Below are positions 36,571 to 45,172 of a DNA stretch of 64,000 nt, in pieces. Within the stretch, counting starts at the first letter, position 1; the number at the start of each line of letters is the position of its first letter. A model generated the notes under the pieces. That model ran no database searches, was not told the origin of the DNA, and worked only from the letters and a program-made list of their open reading frames with translations. The position numbers and the translations under genes are program-made. The DNA is taken from the NCBI GenBank assembly GCA_944392155.1, contig CALXVR010000006.1, positions 997 to 64,996 on the forward strand. The letters run 5' to 3'. The DNA comes from an uncultured Alphaproteobacteria bacterium (lineage in GTDB: Bacteria > Pseudomonadota > Alphaproteobacteria > RF32 > CAG-239).

Positions 36571-38355
36571 TTATTCTCCGCTTTCTTCTTCATCGCCATC
36601 CTGATAATATGATTTATCAAAACTGCCTACGGCTGTAAGAGCATCAAGAGATAGCTGAGCCGAATATATGGTTAAAATGCGATTTAGCAAAAATTGCATT
36701 TCCATATTTGTTAAAGACAAACCTGCGGTGTCGTCTCTGATTTGTTTGGTATCCGCTATTGTTTTCTCCATTGCTTCAAGAACTTTAGTTTCATAGTTTG
36801 CTGCCTCATTTTTTCTTGCCATACTTTCTGCCGTCAAAGCATTAACCGTTTCCTGCATTATGGTTTTGTAGGTGGCTTGGGCTTCTTGCGCAATGGCAGC
36901 ATCATTAGAAGATTTTTCTTTAACTAATTTTTTTATACATTCATTCATTATGCTTTCATCTTCTAAATCTTTTACATCAACCTCACATTCCTGAGCCAAT
37001 CGGTTGGAAAAGATGAATACGCCGTTAGTTGTTCCGTCAGGAACGCTTCCGCCGGTTAAGTCGGCAAAGACAAGTGTGTCAGAAAAACTGCGCGAAGCAT
37101 AATGTTGTCCTTCAATCGCTGATGTTTTTGGAGTTGCGCGCTTACGAAAACCACCGCCTGAGCTTTTGGCTCGCTGCTGTTCATATAAATCCAAAATTTT
37201 CGGACGATGATCTTTAGGTGCCTGATACGTATCAAGGATTTTTGGACGGCGCGCTTCAGGGATTTCCATTTTGGTTGAGGTTTCTCCATCCAAAATCTTA
37301 GGACGATGAGCCTCAGGAATCTCCATTTTGGTTGAAGTTTCACCATCTAAAATCTTGGGACGATGGACCTGCTCCTCTTTATCTTCTTTTGCGGTCTCCT
37401 CATCTTTCTTTTCTTTATCATCCTCTTTTGCATCATCATCTTTGGCCGCAGCTTCCTGTTTAGCTTCGTTTTCTTCTTTTTGCTTATTTAGATCTTCATA
37501 TTTTTCATCCAAAGCTTTCATTTTTTCTTCAATGGCTGCTTTTTCTTCCGGTGTTTTGGCAAACATCGCATCAACTTCGAGCTCTGCTCGTTCTTTATCC
37601 AGAGCATCCATTTCTTGTTGAATGCGTTGCTGTTCTTCCGTTAGCTTTTGCATATCAAGCGGAGCCTCTTGTAATTGTGCTTCCATCAGTTCCGGTTCGC
37701 CATAGTTTTTATTATCTGATGTTGGCGCTAATTCTAACGACGGAGTTTCTGTCGTGCCAAAAGCTGTTCGTCCGGAAGAAACGGTCTGCGATGTCGGCAC
37801 ATTAACCGCTTGAGTTGTGTTGAGATCTGTTGCTATAGTTTGCGCAGCCGCACCGCTCGCATCTTCTTCCTTATCTTTTTTAACTTCAGAGACCAAATCA
37901 GAAACGGCGGCTTTCATCTCTTTAGCATCATTTATGTAGCTGTCGGCTTGAGCTTTTGCTTGTTCTATCTGACGTTTATATTCTTCTACCGCTTCTCTTT
38001 TTTCATCTATTTTTTTCTTAATTCTCTCATATTCTTCTTTTCTTTTTTCAATGCGCTCTTTCTCTTCCTGGAGTTTTTGCATTTTTTCTTGAGCTTTTTT
38101 CAGATTGTCACCGGCAAACTTCGAGACACTTGCTTTCGCGTCTCCAATAGCCGAATTAATTTTACCTGCAGTTGCCATTGCATCCGTGACAACTTTAGAT
38201 TGTTTAACAAGCTCTATATTCGTAGTTATACCTTCTTTTACTGAAGATATATCGAGCGTCGGCCATTGTGCCTGGGCTTGATGAGGCCGGATAGCCAGCG
38301 ACAAGAAACAGCTTACGGCAAGCAGTCGCAAAAGATTATTTTTTCTCATATCCAA
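36571..38355 (-). CDS. extended VirB5-like protein
   Basis: AQA|QWPTLD mature start resembles the VirB5/TrbJ xPxxD N-terminus. Directly follows virB4. Coiled coil and RPKILD repeats. Confidence 0.6.
   Translation of the reverse strand: MDMRKNNLLRLLAVSCFLSLAIRPHQAQAQWPTLDISSVKEGITTNIELVKQSKVVTDAMATAGKINSAIGDAKASVSKFAGDNLKKAQEKMQKLQEEKERIEKRKEEYERIKKKIDEKREAVEEYKRQIEQAKAQADSYINDAKEMKAAVSDLVSEVKKDKEEDASGAAAQTIATDLNTTQAVNVPTSQTVSSGRTAFGTTETPSLELAPTSDNKNYGEPELMEAQLQEAPLDMQKLTEEQQRIQQEMDALDKERAELEVDAMFAKTPEEKAAIEEKMKALDEKYEDLNKQKEENEAKQEAAAKDDDAKEDDKEKKDEETAKEDKEEQVHRPKILDGETSTKMEIPEAHRPKILDGETSTKMEIPEARRPKILDTYQAPKDHRPKILDLYEQQRAKSSGGGFRKRATPKTSAIEGQHYASRSFSDTLVFADLTGGSVPDGTTNGVFIFSNRLAQECEVDVKDLEDESIMNECIKKLVKEKSSNDAAIAQEAQATYKTIMQETVNALTAESMARKNEAANYETKVLEAMEKTIADTKQIRDDTAGLSLTNMEMQFLLNRILTIYSAQLSLDALTAVGSFDKSYYQDGDEEESGE
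37189..37365 (-). repeat. coding repeat: four RPKILD motifs, two within 57-nt (19-aa) units
   Basis: HRPKILDGETSTKMEIPEA x2, then RRPKILD and HRPKILD. Confidence 0.85.
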
Positions 38356-38429
38356 CCTCCATAACGTCCTTATATCCTTATATTAATAATAGCAAAATTT
38401 GAACAAATGATAAACGACTATTCACTTAA

Positions 38430-40862
38430 TCACGCAATATTTAAATATTTTGTAACAAAGTTTTCTTCACCATATTCTTTGATTAGCTCTTCAACCAAAA
38501 GAACATTCTTTCGACCGGAGTTGTAGAGCTTCAGATAGGGGCCCAAACCGCTTAAATCAACATCCAAAATTACTGATTCACCCGTTGCCGGACGAGACAA
38601 CAAAATCGCATAAGGAAAGTCGCGATAGCTTTTACCAAATATAAATTCTATCTCTCTTTGCGTTAAGTTCCAGTTTGCATAATCTTCCGGCATGGCTTGC
38701 GGGTTGCGGAAAAAGATGATGGTTTGGCATTGACCGCGAATAACCTCACCCACACCCAATTTGTCAATAATATTTGGCTGTTGGAACGCACAAAGATATG
38801 CTTGACGTTTTTTACGTCCCTCTTGCAAACCGATGATGAAATAATCTCTAAACATTGGGTGTTTAAGCATCGGCGCGGTCTCATCTATCATAATTAATGA
38901 CGGAACGCCGGTATCTCCGGTTTCAGACATAATACGGTGCATGATATAGCTGATTACGGCCGGAGCGAGGGTTTCATCTTCAAAAATATGCGTAAAGTCA
39001 AAGGCCATAAAGCGTTTTGCACTCAAATCCAAACTATCGTTCTCGGCATTGAAAATATTGCCATATTGGTCCGGATTAACCCAACGAAACAGCTCTCTTC
39101 TCATGTTTCCCGTCGGCGAAAAACAGCTTTTATATAGATTTTTCATAATACGCTCTTCCGGACGCAAATAATCAAAAGCTGTTGTTACGGCGCGAGCTAT
39201 TTCTTTTTCGGATAATGCGTCGTCAACCATTGTAATGGACTTCATCCAGCGACGTAAAAAGGCTCTGTTATTCGGAGTGTTCGCCGTATCAAACGGATTT
39301 AGCGACACGTTTTTCTCATCGCCGTCAAAGCCGACATATGCTCCGCCGATTGAACGTGTAAAAATTTCGGCACCGCGGTGACGGTCAAAGAAGAATACTT
39401 TCAGGTCGCTGTGGCGCATTGCTTGTCCAGCCAAGAACGTAAGCAAAGTTGTTTTACCTTGTCCGGTCGGACCAATAATGCAACAGTGGGCAACCGCAGA
39501 ATCTTCTGATGATACATGGAATTGGAATCGGTATGCAGAACCGGATGTCGTACGGAAAACCGTAATAGCCCCCGGTCCCCAGTCTGACTTTGAAAAACCT
39601 TCAGAGGGCTTATCAAATGAAACCGCCATGGCAACAACCCTAGACAGATAACGATAAGTCCGAGGATATGTCTCATATGTCGGGAACTGGTTAAAAAATG
39701 TTGCTTGTGTTACCCAACCTTCTCGTACAGGCGTAACACTAAACAAACGACAAATACGCTGAACTTCGCTCTCGCCAAAGTCTATTTCTTCCATACTATC
39801 GCCTTTTAATACGATGGTCATGGCATATTCGGTTAGGGCTTGGTAATCAGCATCACTATCCTCAATCGTTGACAAAGCTTCGCTATATTGGTTAACAACA
39901 TCCGGTGAAAAACTGGTTACGGTAGCCATTCTTTGTTGTTGCATCAGCAAGGCTCTGGCATGTGGTTTGAAAAACGGTTTTATATTATGCAATAATGTCA
40001 GTTCACAATCTATGGATAGAAGTGATGCTATCATTCCTTCATCCATGTAATCTCCGGAAGTCCGAATACCCATGGTTATTTCGTATTTCTCTTTTTCTCC
40101 CGAAAAGAACTTTATTATTCCCTTTTCTCCGGTAAAATGGATATGGTCAGCCGTCAGCATCTCATTCATCTGAGCGCCTTCCGCATTGCGAACCTTGGGT
40201 GCCGGCTGAGTTATAGGACTGCAGATTTTGGCAAAAACCGACAACGGACTTTCTTCTGCCGGACTGTCTTCGGTTTCATACATTGGCTTTACACCATAAT
40301 CATTCAATGTTGCCAAGAGGGCTTGCGATGCATAATTAAGGTCTTTCAGAGCATCAGGTCTATCCGCCACAGAAAGGATTATGTAGTGATGATTGGCGTA
40401 AACTCTGTCCAGCGTATTCCGCCATGTATTGGAAATTTGTTCAAGCAACGGATTATTAAAGTCTCCGCTATCTTCCTCCATCGTAATACGCTCGCGCAAG
40501 GTTATTACTCGGCAAACGATTTGCAAATCTGACATTCCATCTATCCAAGATTTTCGAGCTTCCATCATGGATAAATTCTTTTCATCCGTCACAAAGGACA
40601 AATCTACGCCTTCCACCCTAAAAACTCGCGCAAAAGAACCGTTATAGCAGCGGATGGTTATGCCGTCAGCCATTAATTTGTTAAAAGGCAAAAAATCGGA
40701 AACTCTTGATTCCCTTGGCTGAGGCAAGACAAGATGACCGAATTTCGTAGCCCAAAAACCGGCAAAAGACGCTGCCGATATAAATCCGATGACAGCAACA
40801 ATTACTTCCATGCTGCTCAGCCCTTGAACAAAGGTGCTGAAAAAATCAAAATCAGGGTTCAA
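38430..40862 (-). CDS. virB4: VirB4 ATPase
   Basis: 810 aa; AHCCIIGPTGQGKTT, FFFDRHRG, LNPF, LIMIDE, EGRKK, QCQTIIFFRNP. Confidence 0.92.
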   Translation of the reverse strand: MNPDFDFFSTFVQGLSSMEVIVAVIGFISAASFAGFWATKFGHLVLPQPRESRVSDFLPFNKLMADGITIRCYNGSFARVFRVEGVDLSFVTDEKNLSMMEARKSWIDGMSDLQIVCRVITLRERITMEEDSGDFNNPLLEQISNTWRNTLDRVYANHHYIILSVADRPDALKDLNYASQALLATLNDYGVKPMYETEDSPAEESPLSVFAKICSPITQPAPKVRNAEGAQMNEMLTADHIHFTGEKGIIKFFSGEKEKYEITMGIRTSGDYMDEGMIASLLSIDCELTLLHNIKPFFKPHARALLMQQQRMATVTSFSPDVVNQYSEALSTIEDSDADYQALTEYAMTIVLKGDSMEEIDFGESEVQRICRLFSVTPVREGWVTQATFFNQFPTYETYPRTYRYLSRVVAMAVSFDKPSEGFSKSDWGPGAITVFRTTSGSAYRFQFHVSSEDSAVAHCCIIGPTGQGKTTLLTFLAGQAMRHSDLKVFFFDRHRGAEIFTRSIGGAYVGFDGDEKNVSLNPFDTANTPNNRAFLRRWMKSITMVDDALSEKEIARAVTTAFDYLRPEERIMKNLYKSCFSPTGNMRRELFRWVNPDQYGNIFNAENDSLDLSAKRFMAFDFTHIFEDETLAPAVISYIMHRIMSETGDTGVPSLIMIDETAPMLKHPMFRDYFIIGLQEGRKKRQAYLCAFQQPNIIDKLGVGEVIRGQCQTIIFFRNPQAMPEDYANWNLTQREIEFIFGKSYRDFPYAILLSRPATGESVILDVDLSGLGPYLKLYNSGRKNVLLVEELIKEYGEENFVTKYLNIA

Positions 40863-41142
40863 ATTTGGCGCCTTTCTCTACATATAAATTGGTGGTAACC
40901 ATACGTGTTTGCCCGAATGCCTGAATCATCGTTGACAGATGAGGCTCCTTCGTTCCCGCCAACACAATTGCTCCATGTACCAGAACGATACTAAAAACAA
41001 AAAGCAACGGGTTTACATCGCCTATTCCGATAAACATGAACATGATGGGGAATTGTATACCGATATTAAGAAGCGTCGGCAAAAACGGCCCCCACAAAAT
41101 TTTTGGAGGGTTTGCAACGGCTTTTAGAATCATTTCTCTCAT
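40852..41142 (-). CDS. virB3: VirB3
   Basis: 96 aa, LKAVANPPKILWGP, two TMs, KEPH; overlaps the virB4 start. Confidence 0.8.
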   Translation of the reverse strand: MREMILKAVANPPKILWGPFLPTLLNIGIQFPIMFMFIGIGDVNPLLFVFSIVLVHGAIVLAGTKEPHLSTMIQAFGQTRMVTTNLYVEKGAKFEP

Positions 41143-41262
41143 ATTGACCTTGCTTTCCGACTACTTTTGTTTCTATTCCTCTTTTTTTAGTTTAGGGCAG
41201 AAGATTTATTTATGCAAGATAAAGCATTGTTTATTCACTTTATAACACATTTTGCTCTTTAT

Positions 41263-41300
41263 AAAAAAAAGAGTACACCTTGATTTTAGTGTACTCTTTT
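41263..41300 (-). terminator. Rho-independent terminator after the virB2 cluster
   Basis: AAAAGAGTACAC...GTGTACTCTTTT inverted repeat with a U-tract on the minus strand. Confidence 0.75.
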
Positions 41301-41303
41301 GTG

Positions 41304-41319
41304 GTTAAGGAGTGGTTAA
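41304..41319 (-). promoter_or_regulatory. perfect CtrA-box consensus TTAA-N7-TTAAC upstream of virB3-virB4
   Basis: Minus strand reads TTAA-CCACTCC-TTAAC(C). Confidence 0.5.
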
Positions 41320-41335
41320 ATTTTATATCATATCA

Positions 41336-43957
41336 TTAACTTTTGTTTCCTTCTTTTACAACTGTTATTTTTCCATTACTATCAATAGAAAGTACATTAC
41401 CAGTTTCAGGATCCGTATAAGTTCCATCTGAATTTTTTGGCAGATTGGATGCGACATAATCCGCCGCTTCTTTGTTATGATCAACAATAGGACTTATTGT
41501 TATATTATTTTCAGGTCGCCATCCTGCTGGAGCCTCTGCATTATTTGTCTGATTTGATGGATTTTTTTCTGTGGGTTCGACTGCTTTCGGTTGAGATGTT
41601 TTACCCATGTTCGTATTTGCCGTATTTGTCGGCGGAGTTTGAGTGGTAGGTTTATTTCGGCTCATTCCCGCATTAAAGCTGTTGTCCCACTGTTTGCCCT
41701 GAGAATAAGAGGCGTTGTTTTGACGAATCTCCTCCTTTCTCTTAGCTTCTGCGGCGGCTTTTTCTGCGGCTGCCTTTTCTGCATTAGCGGCATCAATTTT
41801 GGCTTGTTTTGCATCATCAACAGCACCTATGCCTTCTCCCGCGGCTGTTGCTAATCCGAAGATGGCACCCAATGTATCTCCCGTAGCCGTACCAATACCA
41901 CCACCTATTGTTGCACCCTGTTGAGCCGCATTGGAAGCCGTTGTTGTTATGTTTGTAACCGTATTGCCAGTCTTGACAACTTGATTGATTTTATCAAGAG
42001 CTTTTTGTCCTTGGTTGTTGGCAAAATCTGTTACTTTATTGCTGTCAACCGCAGCTTTGCGTTGCTCAAGCTCTGCTTTGGCCCATTCTTGCTCTTGCGG
42101 TGTTAAGTTTCCGGCAGCAAGTTTCTTTTCCAACTCATTAATACGTGTTTGGTTCTCTTGGTCAAACGCAAGCTCTGCTCCAGACTTACCGGCGTTTTGG
42201 ACATCCGTTGCGATGGATGAAGCATTGCTGACAACCGCACTAGCTCCGGTTTGAACCGTATTAAAGATGGTATTTGAAGCTGTTGCAACCTCACCTAAAG
42301 TATCTAACACACCTGTTAGACCACCTTCAGAGTTTTTGATTGCCGTACCAATCTTCTTTGCTTGTTCAACTGTCGTTTCAACCGTATTTTTTACCGTTTT
42401 ATACGTATTATAGGCTGTTTTGGCCGCATTGATACCTTTTTTAACGGTGTTCTTCAAATCGCTCCAAGACCATTTACTGTCTTTAGCACTTGTATCAACA
42501 TTGACATCAGGGCAGACATCTCCTTTACTGGTGTCGCAATTCTCCGCGGCATCAATATCTGAACCATCTATGTTAGTGAAACCAGCCGGCAAATAGTTAC
42601 CGTATGTAATCTGCTGTCCGTTATCATATGTAAAATAGCTGATAAAAGGCGTCATCATTGACAGGATAAACAAGGCAATGCACAAGTTAGCCAAATGTTT
42701 CCAGCTTATTTTATTGAAAATTGCGGCAAATGCAAAGGCTATCAAACCAAATCCAGCCAAGGTATAGACGATGACACGAACATCAGCCAGGGTTGTCATT
42801 GCTTTGCATGCTATGTATTTGAAAATATTATCCTTTGCCTCATAGCAACGCTGCTGCGATACAGGATTACCATTTTCATCTAATTCATCAAAAGTGCCTA
42901 TATCACCTGTTTGGGTATTACCATTTTCATCTGTGTAGACTTCTCTATATTCACATTTACAAGTTTCGGCATTTTCTGCTGTTAAGGTACAGCTTTCACC
43001 CGTTGTGGAATCCGTACAATTATATGCTTGGATTTCAGCCTCCATCGGAGCTTCTTCCTCTACCGTATCCGGAAATTCAATTTTGCATTCACAACCGTCT
43101 GAGCCTCTGCTGCAGCTTTCTCCTGCTGCGTTTTTACAAACCATAACACCGACAGGTCCATCTTTAGCCTCTTCCAGCATTTTTTGTCTTTGCTCTGTCG
43201 TTCCGTCTATATCTTCACGCGCTTTTGTTGCCGCTTTTGCATTAGCTTGCGCTGCCGCTACTTTTGCTTGCGCCGTTTGAAGTGCATTAACATCACATTC
43301 CTCTGGATTTTTTTCACATTTTTCCAGCATTTTATTATAATCTTTTTGCGCATCTTTTAAGTCTTTTTTTGCAGTTTTTTCTACTTTTTTCGCTGCTTTT
43401 TCTGCTGCTTTTTGGGCTTTTTGCGCAGCCTTTGTCACTTCTTTATCCGCTTTTTCTGCAGCTTCAGCTTGTTTCTCTGCCTCTTTTACTTTATTCTCAT
43501 ATTCTTGTATTGATTTGTTAGCCTCAATCATTTGATCTCTGGCTTCCTGCGCTCCTTGGGTGTCTCCTCTGGCAAGAGCATCTGACATCGCCTTTTGAGC
43601 TGCTTTTTTTGCACTTTCTGCACCACTTAAAGCATCTTGTGCATCTTGAACCGCCATCTGGGCTGCTTTTGCGGCTTGTCCTGTTCCTCCGGCTCTTGCG
43701 CCCACAGATTCAGTTGCTTCTTTTGCTTTTTCTGCAGCTTTTTCTATTTTTTCCCGCGCCTCTTCTTGCGCCTTTTCATTAGATTTTGCATTTTTTTCGG
43801 CCAAAGCTTTTTGTTGCTCACAAATCTGGAGTTGATACCCTTCTTTGCCTGAGCAATCGATTAAAACTTCTGCTCTAGCTCCGTGCGAGAAAGAGACCAA
43901 TGCTGAAAACACAAAGGCCGTCAAAAATATTTTTGATATATTTTTAATGTTCAACAT
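41336..43957 (-). CDS. 873-aa protein with an internal VirB2/TrbC pilin domain, Ala/Lys coiled coil and Cys-rich modules
   Basis: Segment VIVYTLAGFGLIAFAFAAIFNKISWKHLANLCIALFIL aligns by eye with the two adjacent pilins; signal peptide ending ARA. Confidence 0.75.
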   Translation of the reverse strand: MLNIKNISKIFLTAFVFSALVSFSHGARAEVLIDCSGKEGYQLQICEQQKALAEKNAKSNEKAQEEAREKIEKAAEKAKEATESVGARAGGTGQAAKAAQMAVQDAQDALSGAESAKKAAQKAMSDALARGDTQGAQEARDQMIEANKSIQEYENKVKEAEKQAEAAEKADKEVTKAAQKAQKAAEKAAKKVEKTAKKDLKDAQKDYNKMLEKCEKNPEECDVNALQTAQAKVAAAQANAKAATKAREDIDGTTEQRQKMLEEAKDGPVGVMVCKNAAGESCSRGSDGCECKIEFPDTVEEEAPMEAEIQAYNCTDSTTGESCTLTAENAETCKCEYREVYTDENGNTQTGDIGTFDELDENGNPVSQQRCYEAKDNIFKYIACKAMTTLADVRVIVYTLAGFGLIAFAFAAIFNKISWKHLANLCIALFILSMMTPFISYFTYDNGQQITYGNYLPAGFTNIDGSDIDAAENCDTSKGDVCPDVNVDTSAKDSKWSWSDLKNTVKKGINAAKTAYNTYKTVKNTVETTVEQAKKIGTAIKNSEGGLTGVLDTLGEVATASNTIFNTVQTGASAVVSNASSIATDVQNAGKSGAELAFDQENQTRINELEKKLAAGNLTPQEQEWAKAELEQRKAAVDSNKVTDFANNQGQKALDKINQVVKTGNTVTNITTTASNAAQQGATIGGGIGTATGDTLGAIFGLATAAGEGIGAVDDAKQAKIDAANAEKAAAEKAAAEAKRKEEIRQNNASYSQGKQWDNSFNAGMSRNKPTTQTPPTNTANTNMGKTSQPKAVEPTEKNPSNQTNNAEAPAGWRPENNITISPIVDHNKEAADYVASNLPKNSDGTYTDPETGNVLSIDSNGKITVVKEGNKS

Positions 43958-44003
43958 GGCATCCTCCTCAATCGTCCGTTCGCTTCTTTGCTTTGCCTTA
44001 AAA

Positions 44004-44348
44004 TTAGTTCGCCTTAATTAAAGTATCTTGGATTTGTTCTGATGTAATGGCGTTGCTGTCAACCATATAATTGATTATGGCTGCAGTTGTCGCAATTACG
44101 ACCAAACCGATAATAATTGCGCTTAACCATTTCCAGTTAAGATTTCCAAAGAAGCCGCCGATGGCTACGGCAACAATACCAAAACCCGATACGGCAAAAA
44201 TGATTTCTCGCATACCGGTAAATATCTCTATACCGGAATTTGTTAATGTTTCAAATAATGCATATGAGTTCGTTGCAAATAAAACTGAAGAAACCACGAA
44301 CATCAATACCGAAAGAAACAGGAATTTCTTTAATTTTACGCACAACAT
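44004..44348 (-). CDS. virB2: VirB2/TrbC pilin paralog 2 (alternative start at 44420)
   Basis: SYA|LFE signal, IIFAVSGFGIVAVAIGGFFGNLNWKWL hydrophobic hairpin. Confidence 0.75.
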   Translation of the reverse strand: MLCVKLKKFLFLSVLMFVVSSVLFATNSYALFETLTNSGIEIFTGMREIIFAVSGFGIVAVAIGGFFGNLNWKWLSAIIIGLVVIATTAAIINYMVDSNAITSEQIQDTLIKAN

Positions 44349-44468
44349 CTCACTCACCACCTTTTTATTTTTATGAACAAAAGGGAGGCTTTGCGGTTTA
44401 TTTTTGCTAAAATTTACCATTGTTGCCTCCCTATGTTCATCTTATTATTGTTTCGTTAAGCTATAAGA

Positions 44469-44807
44469 CTAAATGTCACCGAAGGTTGTTTCAAGTCCGG
44501 CTTCACGAGAACCTGTAGCGTATTCTACGATAGAACCAGCTGCAGCCAAGATGGCCAAACCAACAGCCAAAGATGCAAACCACGGCCATTTTACTTTACC
44601 GAAAATAGCTTGGAATGCCAAACCGACCAAACCGAAACCACCAACGATAAAGATAATGGTCTTAACGGATGAGAACACACTCTTAGCTTTGGTCTGGGCT
44701 GTTTCCATCAAGGTGTTACCATCTGCAAGGGCGTTGCCGCTCATTGCCATAACAAGCACCAGGGCCAGACAGCTGAGGGTCCAAAAATTTTTCTTTAAAA
44801 ATCGCAT
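44469..44807 (-). CDS. virB2: VirB2/TrbC major pilin
   Basis: 112 aa, ALA|DG signal, IIFIVGGFGLVGLAFQAIFGKVKW; first gene of the operon; strong AAGGAG RBS. Confidence 0.8.
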   Translation of the reverse strand: MRFLKKNFWTLSCLALVLVMAMSGNALADGNTLMETAQTKAKSVFSSVKTIIFIVGGFGLVGLAFQAIFGKVKWPWFASLAVGLAILAAAGSIVEYATGSREAGLETTFGDI

Positions 44808-45172
44808 AATCTTTCTCCTTAATTAATTTAGCAAAACTTCTTATACTCTTTTAGAATAGCTAATTTTTAAACTTTTTTCCAGCATTAATCATCTGCACCC
44901 AAAAGAGATAACCACTTGTTTTGGCTTGGAAAATTTTCCTGTAACAAAAAATTCACAGTTACAAAATTAACCAAACATCATTTTTTTACACCTCTAATGG
45001 TAAATATTCCGCTAATGAATTTTATTTTCATTTTATAAATATTTTACATCTCTCAGGCGTTGTCTTTGCTTTTTGAAATATAAAAGAATCCACAAAATTT
45101 GTGCATAAATCTATATCTGCTTGCCAAGAGTCGCATATTGAATTATCTAGTTTTTAGAGGGGTTTGTATTTT
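44808..45172. promoter_or_regulatory. divergent promoter region shared by the virB and type IVb pilus operons
   Basis: AT-rich intergenic region between divergent starts. Contains a TGTAAC-N12-GTTACA inverted repeat (44940-44963) and a DnaA-box match TGTGCATAA (45100-45108). Confidence 0.6.

Noticed and set aside
44071..44826. Plus-strand ORFs of 101 and 117 aa over the virB2 genes
   Set aside because: Antisense shadows; the minus-strand ORFs have RBS, signal peptides and pilin motifs
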